A stretch of 62,809 nucleotides of DNA, counting the filler, from Chiloscyllium plagiosum (lineage: Eukaryota), in assembly GCF_004010195.1 (NCBI RefSeq). It is 5 parts of one record of this genome, joined end to end, with 100 filler letters (N's around TTAATTAATTAA, not from the genome) between each part and the next. Parts side by side here need not be neighbours in the genome. Positions count along the whole stretch, not along the records: positions 33,783 to 44,652 come from NC_057710.1; positions 44,753 to 54,434 come from NC_057710.1; 3 more parts are not named here. One strand, written 5' to 3'. The notes under the pieces were generated by a model that saw only the letters and a list, made by a program, of their open reading frames with translations, did not search any database and had not been told where the DNA came from. Shown here in pieces: positions 37,846 to 50,244 of this stretch. Both the position numbers and the translations under genes were made by a program. Numbering within the stretch: position 1 is the stretch's first letter; each line of letters starts with the position of its first letter.

Positions 37846-38228
37846 CTAGGTATTCTTTCAACAGTCACAGCCAATAGTTATTTGACTGGAATTGCTGCAG
37901 GTAAAATGAAGGAAGAGGTGCCATGTGGTCCCATCATTGACATTATTGCAGAATCTACAGCTGTTCAAAGCAAATACCCTCAGCCACCCAATTCACCCCC
38001 ACCATACTAAAACAGAAAGTTACAGGGCAACATAACTGAACAGAATAATAATCTGTGTGCCAGTGATTTGTTTCTTTCTCTCCTTTGTATTTCAAATGTA
38101 CATGGATAGCAGAGACATTCCGACAAGGTTTGTGAGATGAGAGAATCAAAGAAGGTTCCTACATTCATTATCATTGGTGGACATTTGATGTCATTTGATC
38201 ACTCACCATTGAAGCAATGTAATATAAA

Positions 38229-38570
38229 TGGGGAGGTGATGGCCTAGTGAAATCATTGCTGGCCTGTTAATCAGAACATTCTGGGCACCTGGGTTTGAAT
38301 CCTGACAGAGCAGATGGTGGAATTTAAATTCAATACAAATCTGGAATTAAGAATGTAATGATGACCATGAAGCCATTGTCAATTGTTAGAAAAAAGAACC
38401 TTCTGGTTCACTGATGTCCTTTAAGGAAGGAAACTGTTATTCTTACCTGGTCTGGCCTACATTTGACTCCAGACCCATATCAATATGGTTGACCCTTAAC
38501 TGCCTTCTGGGCAGTTAAGAATGGGCTATAAATGCTGGTCTAGCCAGCAACACTCTCATCCTGTGAATGC
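38229..38570 (+). mobile_element. tRNA-derived SINE with L2-like tail
   Basis: A/B-box-like tggcctagtg..gggtttgaatcct and tail ataaatgctggtctagccagc..catcctgtgaatg. Confidence 0.65.
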
Positions 38571-38644
38571 TTTAAAAAAAACTGCTCTGTGGATGGAAAT
38601 TTGAAATCCACCCCCAAAAGAAAGTTTAGTCACTACATGTTGAA

Positions 38645-39328
38645 CAGAGGCCTTGGAGTGCAGGTTCATAATTCCTTGAAAGTAGAATCTCAAGTAGACA
38701 GGATAGTGCAGAAGGCATTTGGTATGTTTTCCTTTATTGGTCAGTGCATTGAGCATAGGAGTTGGGACGTCATGTTCTGGCTGTACAAGACATTGGTTCA
38801 GCTACTTTTGGAATGCTACAGGCAATTTGCATCTCCCTGCTATCGGAAGAATGTTGTGAAACTTGACAGGGTTCATAAAATATTTACAAGATGTTGCCAG
38901 GATTGGAGGGGTTGAGCTACAGGGAAGAGCTGATTAGGCTGGAGCTGTTTTCCCTCGGGTATTGGAGGTTGAGGAGTGACATTTTAGAAGTTTATAAAAT
39001 CATGAGGGGCATGAATAGGATAAATAGACAAAGTCTTTTCCCTGGGTGGGGGAGTCCAGAATTAGAGGGCATAGGTTTAAGGTGATAGGTCTAAGGGAGA
39101 ACTTTTTCATGCAGAGGGTGGTGCATGTATGAAATGAGCTGCCAGAAGAAGTGGTGGAGGCTGGTACAATCACAACATTTAAAAGGCATTTGGATGGGAT
39201 ATAAATAGGAAGGATTTAGAGGGATATGGGCCAAATGTTAGCAAATGGGACTAGATTAATTTAGGATATCTGGTCAGCATGGACAAGTTGGACTGAAGGG
39301 TCCATTTCATTCTGTACAACTCTATGAA
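38645..39328 (+). mobile_element. CR1/HER1 LINE 3' end
   Basis: LGVQVHNSLKVESQVDR..; same family as 62120-62809. Confidence 0.9.
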
Positions 39329-39392
39329 TCAGTCTGCAGCCCTCTTTAAGAGATATTCACTTTAAAAATTAAGTAAAGATTATTTGATTTTA

Positions 39393-39484
39393 GATCAGAG
39401 TGGTGCTGGAAAAGGACAGCAGGTCAGGCAGCATCCGAGGAGCAGGAAAATCGACATTTCAGGCAAAAGCCCTTCATCAGGAAT
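39393..39484 (-). mobile_element. PLE pLTR fragment
   Basis: Reverse complement carries cctgatgaagggcttttgcctgaaa. Confidence 0.8.
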
Positions 39485-42149
39485 TTGATGACAAGTCACC
39501 TCCAGTTCATCATCATGGCATAAATTTCCAGACAGTCCCCAAATCCAGTCAGAATTATAATGCTTTGCCTCAGCTGTCAAATCTGTGCTGACTGTATTTT
39601 GGATTCTGATGAAGGATTGAGGTAAGGGATTTCTGAAATGTAGGAAGCTAGGACTTACGATCATGAATAGCCTATTCAGACCTTCATGACTGCTCTGCCA
39701 TTCAATAAGATCATGATTGTGGTCTCATGTCCGCTCTCATACATGTCCCTCATATCTCTAACTCCCTTGTCTATCAACAATAAATTCAATGACCCACTCT
39801 CTGTTGCTTTCTAGGGAACAGAATTTCTGTTAGTCTAGTGTCCTGGTCATTGATTTCTGCTCTACTCTTACAATGTTAAGTGTTTTGTTTGGTGTCCCAC
39901 TGGCCATTCAAGAAATTTAGAACTAGGTTCACAACTTCTTGTGTTTGGATTCCAAAAGGGCTTCCAATGATTCTGGTGCACATTTTCTATGTATGCCAGA
40001 AAAGCTTCAGCCATCTTTCTTTAGGCTCCTTGGATCATAAAGGTATTGGTCATGGAGTGAGAGAGGTCATCACAGACAATTACAAACAACTTTGATCAGC
40101 TGAAAGGTAATTTTCTGCAGTTCTCAATTAAATAACTTAAATGTATTCACAGGACATGTTTCACCCCACTTAATCTGGGTGACAGGGTTAGGTGAATATA
40201 GCGGATGTGTAGGAGAACATTTTGCAAGCTATGAAGATGCCTACTGATGGAAACTGTATGATGGTCACACACTGCAAATCACAAATAATATTGCGAGTCT
40301 GCCCTGAGTTTGATCTGTGCTAAAGAAATACAGATACCAGTCTCACTGAGGATTGCTGTCAAAACAAATATTGCTGTGGCATTACTGCCTTGGGGACACA
40401 ATAGTTAGATGTGGCAGGGAAAGAAGCAAATTGGCTTTAACATCCAGGAACAGAGAGTATAGCATCAATGAAGACAGGAAACAACAAAACATCAGTGAAG
40501 GAGGGAAGATGTCCAGAAAACCAGAGCAATGTACTATATATAACTATGCGTTCAAATAATAAAACACAGTTAGATTATATTTAGTAACACATTGGCAACG
40601 TGGTGAAGTATGGCAGAGGGAGGAGAATGGATGTTGTTTCCACTCAACCCTTGGAGTTATTTATTCCAGAATGTAACTATAAAACAACAGGAAGATGAGA
40701 GCCATTACTGCCCTCCAGTGGTTTCTATGCTCATGGATAAATACATTTGATTTCAAGCCTTTCAATGGCTCAGAGAACATAACAAAATTTCTGTTTGTCA
40801 AGCTGCACAATTTACTGTTAGTTTTCCAGAGCATTGTGAAGTGCAGTTTCATTATTACTTGGGAAATGCTCAAGGATGTAAATGATGATTGTAAGAAATT
40901 TGTTTATGCATTCACCCATCTGTTCCACTTTCCAGATGAGGTCATGGAGAGGTGAAATATAAAAGGTGAGGGCAGGATGACAAATCCTGAATATCAGACC
41001 TTGACATGTGGGAGCCCCTAATTCTTTGCATGGGCTATTTCAAAAACAAGCATCTAGAATCCTTACCTGCTCATGTTACTGACTGACTGTGCTGACCATC
41101 TAATATGTAAGCAGGTATCTGATAGCCATCTGGTGGCTAACTCTGTGTGACACAACATTATTCCCAATCTGTGGAAATCAATGTTTAATCTCTCCAGATT
41201 CTCAGGCCTACAAATTTCTTGTCCTTCCTTTGACCTGGTGATCTTGGCTGCCAATATAAATTATAAATTGCAGTCAAACCTACACAAAGAGCATTGTCAG
41301 TGCAAACCCCAGAAACTCCCAGATGCAACTTCACCAGATCGCAACTGTGAATGAGGTCAGTGGTAATTAGGCAGACAGAACCTGGGAAAGCTCAGAAAGT
41401 ATGAGAAAACTAAGAGATAACAGATTAACTACTGATATTTTTCCATGTTCAGAGACATTATTACCCATCTCTGAAGCAGGAGGGACTTGAACCAGGGTCT
41501 CCTGATTCAGCGTTAGAGACATAGGCGCTGGCATTGCATCACAGGAGCTCTAAGATTACATGTATCATGGCATTACTATGACATCAACATATCTCCTTAA
41601 CATTTTAAAATCATGCATAACATGAAAATCATTTCCAGCTGATTTTCATGCTTTGGAGAATTAGATTGCTAATTTGCCAAAACAAAGCAAGAAAAGTTTC
41701 CAAATTGTCTCTTCATGGTCTAAAATTGCATCAAATCAATGGCATTTTATAAAATCTTAATTTTCTGTTGAGAGAGTTGATAGTGTACAAAAAAACTCCT
41801 TTTCTGTTGTCACTCACTCTGATGCTCACAGGTAATTCAAAACCTGCAAATGGTAGTGCTACAGGAAATCTAATTGTAGATAATTCTGACACATAAACAC
41901 AGGCCTTTTTGCGATGTAAGTAACTGTGTTCTCCTCATATTCGGCAGTGCAGGATCTGTAGGAAGTCCGGTTTGAACAATGAGCAGCATTTATGGGATTT
42001 CTAGCCCAATTTCCACTTGGTTGCAACTTCCAGTTCAATGCTCCTAGGATGTTACATCCAGGAAAATAGACTCCAGTAAATGCTTTGAGAGATCAGAAAA
42101 ATGATAGTCCAGCTACATGCCATATTCTTGGGAGGAATTATGTACGGCT

Positions 42150-42400
42150 TTTCAGTGGCAGGATGTGTTTCTTTCTGCAAATACTTCTTTTGGAACACCA
42201 ATCTCCCTCCCTGTGTAACTGTTCACTCCCACTGCCTTTATTCACTTCCACTTCTTTGCCCTTTTCCTTTCGGTCTAAAACATCATCGATTTTCTCATCA
42301 TTTGGTTGCACTCTAATGCATTGTTGCATGAAAACATTGTGCAGCATGTAGTAGATTGTGATGATTTTGGAAAGTTTGACTGGAGTACCACATGCCTGAA
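42150..42400 (-). mobile_element. Possible PIF/Harbinger transposase C-terminal remnant
   Basis: TPVKLSKIITIYYMLHNVFMQQ followed by an acidic tract resembles the Harbinger SPxKVxxIIxACxxLHN motif. Confidence 0.45.
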
Positions 42401-42685
42401 CAGTACAAAGATAGAAAATAAAAACAAACAATTGCAGATCTTGGAAATCTGGAACACCAACATGATGTGCTCTAGAAACTCAGCAGATCTGGCAACATCT
42501 GCAAGGAGAGAAGCAGAATTAATATTGGAGATCAGTGACCCTTTATCAGAACATAAACATAGAAAAGTGAGCCTTGCCGTATCTGTCTGAGATGTTGAGT
42601 TATGTTGGAACAGATTTACCCAGTGGTCAGCATATGTAATGTGCAATACCATACACAATAAATGTTCTGAGTGATTCATGTAAGT

Positions 42686-42889
42686 GATAAAAATGGGAAT
42701 TGCTGGAAAAACTCAGGAGGCCTGGCAGCATCTGCAGAGAAAGCAGAGTTAACATTTGGGGTCCATTGACCCTTCTTCAGAATTGAAATGTTAAATCTGT
42801 TTTCTCTTCACACGTGCTGGTGAGGTTTTACTTTCCAGTAATTTCCATTTTTGTCTCTGATTTCCAGTACCCACTGATCGTTTTTTTTA
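42686..42889. mobile_element. Diverged fold-back pLTR insertion of a fourth PLE family
   Basis: Imperfect inverted arms and minus-strand ttCTGAAGAaGGGTC..GACCC. Perfect 12-bp TSD attcatgtaagt at 42674-42685 / 42890-42901. Confidence 0.75.
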
Positions 42890-43983
42890 ATTCATGTAAG
42901 TTTTGTGGTTATTTTTAATAACTGACTACAAGTTTATGATTGTTTATTCAAGTGAACTGCAGGGAGAGTGTATTCTAGAACGAGCTAAAATAATTCTGAG
43001 AGATACAGAAAAGGACAACATCTTTATAGGATTTTTTTGGCCACGTGGGCATCTCATTATCCAAATTCCAAACTTGCTTCTTTAACAGTAAGAAATGGAT
43101 ATCCATTCTAGGTTTTGGGCTAATGTGATGAATGTCTTACCTGTTCAAGGATGATAGCTCTGACACTGTTTTGCCCCATTCCTTATTAGAATCTGTCACC
43201 TTCCTGTCTGCAAATCTCTTCTGACTTCCTTTGGAATATTTTGTTTACAATAACTGTTGTTTATACAGACTCATGCTGACAGTTACCTCTGGGGGGCTCA
43301 ATGTTCATCTACATTCTCTTTCGTGTATCCCTATTTTACTCTTACAGCTTAATTCACTCACACATAAGCATTAGTAATAATGGGGAGGCTTGATTGCATC
43401 ATATGTCACATTTAAAATGCCAGGGATTCCAGGGAAACCTATTGGTTAGTCATATTTTTTCAGCTTGTGATTCTTTTCTATTGGAAAATGATGAAGCACT
43501 TTTTTTCTTTGGAAATTGTGAGGATAGATTTTCACATTCAGTGTTGATGGAAGGTAGACAGTAACAGCTTCACTGTTCTTTTTCACTCTGCCTGTCTATT
43601 CTTTACCTTGAGTTCAGCTTTAGATGGAGTGCATTTAAAGGCAGTTTGTATATAAAGTGTAGATGTGACTGAGGGAGAGCTAAACAATCATTTGAGGAAG
43701 GAGAGAATACATGGTTGTGATGATATGGTGTGGAAAGATGCAAGAACACTGGAAGGTTGGGCTGAATGTCCTGTTCCTTTGTGTCATATATCCTATGTTA
43801 AAGGGATCAATGCATATAAATGTCTAAGGAGGTGTGTGTTGAAGAATGACCTTAATTTACAGGATTCAATGACCATTTTTCTTGTGTACAGCACTGAAAA
43901 CAATCAAGAATTGGGAAATCTAGTGCAGAGTGGACAGTGACACTGTAGCCATCAGCAAAGTGTAGCTCATGACATCAATGGTG

Positions 43984-44058
43984 ATTCCTGATGAAGGGCT
44001 TTTGCTCCTCGGATGCTGCCTGACCCGCTGTGCTTTTCCAGCACCGCTCCAGCTTGAC
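43984..44058 (+). mobile_element. Short pLTR insertion with an internal deletion
   Basis: attcctgatgaagggcttttgc|tcctcgg lacks the GAAAC half. Flanks are tcaatggtgatt (43975) / tcaatggcaatt (44059). Confidence 0.7.
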
Positions 44059-44253
44059 TCAATGGCAATTAGTTTAGTCTTGGTATGGAGGTGACTGAGG
44101 TTAACACTGAAACTGGAGGGCAGTTGTTCTTTGAGGTAACTAGCCATTATGAAATCGATTGTAAATAGTATGGGATTTATCAAATGGCTTTATCTGACCC
44201 CAGTCCAGACTTTCACTACATGTTTCAGATTTCCCATTCAGGACATTCCCATT

Positions 44254-45222
44254 TAGACCAGATCTAAAAGTTGAAGTTCTAAATTGGAGAAAGGCCAATT
44301 TTGACAGTATTAGGCAAGAACTTTCGAAAGCTGATTGGAGGCAGATGTTCGCAGGTAAATGGACGGCTGGAAAATGGGAAGCCTTCAGAAATGAGATAAC
44401 AAGAATCCAGAGAAATTATATTCCTGTCAGGGTGAAAGGGAAGGCTGGTAGGTATAGGGAATGCTGGATGACTAAAGAAATTGAGGGTTTGGTTAAGAAA
44501 AAGAAGGAAGCATATGTCAGGTATAGACAGGACAGATCGAGTGAATCCTTAGAAGAGTGCAAAGGAAGGAGTATACTTAAGAGGGAAATCAGGAGGGCAA
44601 AACGGGGACATGAGATAGCTTTGGCAAATAGAATGAAGGAGAATCCAAAGGGNNNNNNNNNNNNNNNNNNNNNNNNNNNNNNNNNNNNNNNNNNNNTTAA
44701 TTAATTAANNNNNNNNNNNNNNNNNNNNNNNNNNNNNNNNNNNNNNNNNNNNCATAGGTTTAGGGTGAGAGGGAAAAGACATAAAAGAGACCTAAGTGAC
44801 AACCTTTTCACGCAGAGGGTGATACGTGTATGGAATGTGCTGCCAGAGGATGTGGTGGAGGCTGGTACAATTGCAACATTTAAGAGGCATTTGGCTGGAA
44901 AGTCTTTACCCTGGGGTCAAGGAGTCCAGAACTAGAGGGCATAGGTTTAGGGTGAGAGGGAAAAGACATAAAAGAGACCTAAGTGACAACCTTTTCACGC
45001 AGAGGGTGATACGTGTATGGAATGTGCTGCCAGAGGATGTGGTGGAGGCTGGTACAATTGCAACATTTAAGAGGCATTTGGCTGGGTATATGAATAGGAA
45101 GGGTTTGGAGGGATATGGGCCGGGTGCTGGCAGGTGGGACTAGATTGGGTTGGTTTATCTGGTCGGCATGGACAGGTTGGACTGAAGGGTCTGATCCAAG
45201 CTGTACATCTCTATGATCTATG
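44254..45222 (+). mobile_element. CR1 ORF2 fragment, linker gap, then CR1 3' end with a tandem duplicated segment
   Basis: ORF 44345-44652 is the CR1 EN-RT linker. 44753-44896 is repeated at 44940-45083. Confidence 0.85.
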
Positions 45223-45254
45223 ACTTTTTGTGTTCGAAGGGCCAGGGTGGCTGT

Positions 45255-45845
45255 TGTAATATGGGGCAAAAATCCCCATCAGATACCCTGGATTAAAACC
45301 CTCTGAGCTGGGGACGTGAGTTTGTGGAATTCACATTTGAACGAAAATTCACTAAGCTCTCTGGCTGAGACAGACTGGGCAATATGCAAGGCCAGGGGCA
45401 ACTGGCTGGAACAGGGGTTAAACATGTACAGCTAAAGGAAGACCCCCACAAACACCTCAGCTAAAGACAATGAACACCAACATGCAGAGCAAACAACAGA
45501 GACATTCTGCAGCCGACAAACATACAAAACCATTCAACGTTTAATCAGTTCAAAATCACACAACACCAGGTTATAGCATAATCTGGTGTGTGATTGTTAA
45601 CTTAGTAATTAACAGCTCTCTGTAAATCAAAACCCAAGCTGGAGCTTCAAGGGTTAACTGGGGTGCAAGTTAGCTGTCAGGTAAGTCTCACTTCGCTTGA
45701 CCCATAACATTGGGGTTTTTGAAGTTTTCTATTTTTTCAGTTATTGTACATATTTTCAATTTTGCTTGTTTCAATAAAATTGGAGTTTCCTTTGTCTCTG
45801 AAACATCTGCCTCCTGTGTTTTTCACCACACCACATCTCATTACA
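45255..45845 (+). mobile_element. Candidate solo LTR
   Basis: Termini tgtaat...attaca (TG..CA, 6-bp inverted) with aataaa near 45773. No TSD evident. Confidence 0.35.
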
Positions 45846-45889
45846 CAACCCAGTGTCTGAACCAAGGAAATGGTACACAATAAACCAAC

Positions 45890-45998
45890 CAGCACTCCCA
45901 ACATTCCTGATGAAATGCTTCTGGTTGAAACGTCGACTTTCCTGCTCCCCGGATGTTGCCTGACCGGCTGTCTTTTTCCAGCACCACACTCATCGACT
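45890..45998 (+). mobile_element. Diverged PLE pLTR
   Basis: attcCTGATGAaatgcttctggttGAAACGTCgact. Confidence 0.75.
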
Positions 45999-46396
45999 TC
46001 CTACACTGTGAAGTTTGCAGAGATGTTGTTGTGAAGAAACAATTGTTTCAAAGTGGAGACAAGCATTTGTAATCTGCAGCTGCCAGGGACCAGCTCTAAC
46101 TGACCTGTTGGGAATATGTGCCGTCTAGTTTCTGGACGGAAGAGTGGAGCATTGGAAAACAAACAAGGCAAGCTGGAGCTTTAATGAGATGCAAATACAT
46201 GGAAATAAGGTTGTCACTACTCAATAAGATTTGAGGTGAAACGCAGAAAAAAGTATTCTCAATGTGTCTTTTTTTATTATTCTCCTTGTATTTACCTACC
46301 TTTCATTCTCTTGCTCACACCACAGACCGGAAGGACAAAATTCAAGCCAGAATTCTTTATCTTTAAATCTTAAGAGCAAGAATTAACAGCTTATTT

Positions 46397-46590
46397 CATT
46401 GAATTGAACTGAATTTATTGTCACGTGTACCAAGGCACAGTGAAAAGTTTTGTCGTGCAAGCAATACAGGCAGATCACAGAGTTAAGTAAATAATAGGTA
46501 AACAGTGGCAAAAACAAAAACACAGGCACAAGGTGAATGTTAAGAATTTGAGAGTCCATTCAGTATTCTAACAACAGTAGGGTAGAGCCG
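46397..46590 (-). mobile_element. Possible Rex1/Babar-like LINE 3' end
   Basis: (ttgaa)n tail next to tttattgtcacgtgtac, a pattern typical of fish LINE 3' ends. Family call is tentative. Confidence 0.4.
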
Positions 46591-46975
46591 GTTTCCACTG
46601 GTAAACATTGCCGAATTTTAAGCTCTTTCAAATCTTTACATGTGTGCTTCTGGCATGATCAGAATCAGAAATAGTGGTTGATTTTCTCTTCTGTAACTCA
46701 GGTGCTTAAAGTAAGGCAATTACTCATCTAGATGCTGCGCTGACACAAGAACTGCTAAACAATAAAGAGATAAAATTCTTCCCTGGAAAAGGTGAGAAAT
46801 GCGACACAATCCCAGAATAGGATGGAGATGCAACTTAGCTTGCGCTCTGAGATGTACTGAGAGCAGGCATGGGTCTCATTTCTAGCTTTAAAGGGGCTGA
46901 TAAAATTTGAAGAAGAGAACATACATTTCAGGAGAAGGTTTCAAAGGTTTTTAAACTTGATTTGAATTTAGTGGG

Positions 46976-47520
46976 AAGAAGAAAGTGAGGACTGCAGATG
47001 CTGGAGATCAGAGTCGAGAATGTGGTGCTGGAAAAGCACAGCAGGTCAGGCAGCATCCAAGGAGAAGGAGAATCGATGTTTCGGGCATGAGCCCTTCTTC
47101 AGGAATGAGGAGGAGGAAGAGAGCTTCTTCAAGGAAGGCATCCTTGTAAGAGGATTCTCAGTAGGTTAAAATCTTCTAGGAGAAAGTGAGGACTGCAGAT
47201 GCTGGAGATCAGAGCTGAAAATGTGTTGCTGGAAAAGCCCAGCAGGTCAGGCAGCATCCAAGGAGCAGGAGAATCGACGTTTCGGGCATGAGCCCATCTT
47301 CAGGAATGAGGAAAGTGTGCCAAAAAGGCTAAGATAAAAGGTAGGGAGGAGGGACTTGGGGAGGGGCGTTCTCAGAGTCCCTCCTCCCTACCTTTTATCT
47401 TAGCCTGCTTGGCACACTTTCCTCATTCCTGAAGAAGGGCTCATGCCCGAAACGTCGATTCTCCTGCTCCTTGGATGCTGCCTGACCTACTGCACTTTTC
47501 CAGCAACACATTTTCAGCTC
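46976..47520. mobile_element. Composite PLE insertion: two tandem minus-strand pLTRs plus one inverted pLTR
   Basis: pLTR copies start at 46981 and 47182 (201-bp period), with an inverted arm at about 47376-47520. Perfect 14-bp TSD ttgaatttagtggg at 46962-46975 / 47521-47534. Confidence 0.92.
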
Positions 47521-47769
47521 TTGAATTTAGTGGGGACCTCTGTGAGCTCTGTCGTCTGCCTCATTAGTAGGAAGCTATCTCTAAGAAACTGCAAGGAGTC
47601 AACTCAAATGTACATTATGTTGGAATATAGACAGACTTTCTGAAAATCTTTACTATTCTACTTCTTTTGGCCTGCAAATGGAAATGACAGACAACAGTGA
47701 AGAGTGCATTTCACAATTATCACAGCTCTCCAATTTCAAGTCGAGTTTACAAATATATTAATCACATTA

Positions 47770-49092
47770 CACAGTCAAGAAAGGCTGGAGGCCTGTGACC
47801 AGTGGAGTGCAACAAGGATCGGTGCTGGGTCCACTGCTTTTCATCATTTATATACATGATTTGGGTGTGAACATAATAGGTAAGTAAGTTTGCAGATGAT
47901 ACCAAAATTGAATGTGTAGTGGACAGCAAAGAAGGCTACCTCAGATTACAATGAGATCTTGATCAGATGGGCCAATAGGCTGAGAGGTGGCAGATGGAAT
48001 TTAATTTAGATAAAATTGAGGCGCTACGTTTTGGGAAAGCAAATCTTACCAGGATTTATACACTTAATGGTAAGATCCGAGGGAGTGTTGCTGAATAAAG
48101 AGACCTTGGAGTGCAGGTTCATAGCTCTTTGAAAGTGGAGTCTCAGGTAGATAGGATGGTGAAGAAGGCGTTTGGTATGCTTTCCTTTATTGGTCAGAAT
48201 ATTGAGTACAGGAGTTGGGTGGTCATGTTGCAGGCTGTACAGGACTTTGGTTAGGCCACTGTTGGAATATCGTGTGCAATTCTGGTCTCCTTCCTATTGG
48301 AAGGATGTTGTGAAACTTGAGAGGGTTCGGAAAAGATTTACAAGGATGTTGCCAGGATTGGAGGATTTGAGCTATAGGGAGAGGTTGAACAGACTAGGGC
48401 TATTTTCCCTGGAGTGTCGGAGGCTGAGGGGTGACCTTATAGAGGTTTACAAGATCATGAGGGGCAAGGATAGGATAAAAAGACAAATTTTTTCCCTTGG
48501 TGGGGGAGTCCACAACTAGAGGGCATAAGTTTAGGGTGAGAGGGGAAAGATATAAAAAAGACCTAAGGGGCAACTGTTTCACGCAGAGGGTGGTACGTGT
48601 ATGGAATGAGCTGCCAGAGGAAGTTTAGATTAGATTACTTACAGTGTGGAAACAGGCCCTTCGGCCCAACAAGTCCACACCGACCCGCTGAAGCGCAACC
48701 CACCCATACCCCTACATTTACCCCTTACCTAACACTACGGAGAATTTATCATGGCCAATTCACCTGACCTGCACATCTTTGGACTGTGGGAGGAAACCGG
48801 AGCACCCGGAGGAAACCCACGCAGACACGGTGAGAATGTGCAAACTCCACACAGTCAGTCGCCTGAGGCGGGAATTGAACCCTGGTCTCCGCCGCTGTGA
48901 GGCAGCAGTGATGGAGGCTGGTACAATTGCAACATTTAAAAGGCATCTGGATGGGTAAATGAATAGGAAGGGTTTGGAGGGATATGGGCCGGGTGCTGGC
49001 AGATGAGACAAGATTGGGTGGGGATTTCTGGTCAGCATGGACGGGTTGGGCCAAAGGGTCTGTTTCTGTGTTGTACATCTCTATGACTCTAA
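47770..49092 (+). mobile_element. CR1/HER1 LINE RT and 3' end with nested SINE
   Basis: [14 protein letters not shown] and KFADDTK motifs; ORF 48172-48519 reads LYRTLVRPLLEY. Confidence 0.92.
48624..48910 (-). mobile_element. HE1-type V-SINE inserted in a CR1
   Basis: Splits ccagaggaagt|gatggaggctgg of the CR1 and is near-identical to 30034-30325. Confidence 0.92.
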
Positions 49093-50244
49093 GTTCTTTG
49101 AATACGAGACATTAGTTTACAGTTTCTTTTTGTGAACAAATGGACTTACTGTGCTATTTTAAATTTCTATTCCTCGACATTTGATTGGATGAGACCTTTC
49201 AATAAGAAAGAACTCTTCCTTATTGAATTAACGTGGCAAATGTATTTTCTCCTTTTCAAACAAATCTCTTGCTGTTTGGTCATGGAAAGACGGAGGGTTA
49301 CTCACTGTTGGTGGATTCACACTGATGAAAATGATTAGTTATTGTGACAAATCTATATTCAGTTGCTTAATTAAATGCTTCTAGTTGCTACAGTTGGAAT
49401 TCTGTAAGAGATATCACCTTACTATGATCTCAGTTAGTAAAGGTATCCTTTGTAGGGATCTAGTTTGATTGACAGCAGTCTTTCAATAAAAATAATGTGT
49501 GGAATAACCAAGAGTAAGAAAATAACTGGCAGGATTCCAGGGTAGAGATAAACTATGCAAATTTTATTGAAACTTGAACAAAACAAAAAATAAGCAATAA
49601 TGGCTAAATAGGGGTTTTGAACAGGTGAAATGATGATTCTAAACCATATACACTACTTATCTGAATTAATGAGATAAATATGAGCTAATGTACAAATTGT
49701 GGTTGACCACACCACACACTCCACCTTAAATGGACTCTGCGGTCAAGACAGATCTTATCAAGACATTAATGACACTATGCGTCACAAAATCTCATCAAAA
49801 ATCTCTAAAATTCTCTTCTTTGCAAATAAATTCCAATTTTTTCAATGATCTCTGATCTTGGAGGCCCCTCCAAACCCTTTCTGAATCAAGCTGCTTCAGG
49901 GACTGTTCATATCTTGGTAGGTCAATCACTCCGCCTGAGACCAGGTTCTCTTAGATTCACAAGGCAGCTTGAAAGCATCTAATTACTGGCACAATTTCAG
50001 CTTTTATTAAATCATGAAATTCAATGAGCTGCTGCTGAATTTTCTCTAAGAACCAATTTTCTCAGCAGAATCGTCTGCTAGGTTTCCTTTACCTCATCCT
50101 CAGCTGCATTGAACTAATAATGGCACCCAAGGCTTCTTTCAAGCCCTATAATTTTCCATGGTACAGAACCACCTCTCCCAAAAACTTGTCCCAAGTCCTA
50201 ACTGCCTGTGGACTGCCAACAGAAGCATTTATGCTGCCGAGCAA

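Noticed and set aside
44753..45083. Tandem duplication within a CR1 3' end
   Set aside because: An exact copy abutting a scaffold gap, plausibly an assembly overlap.
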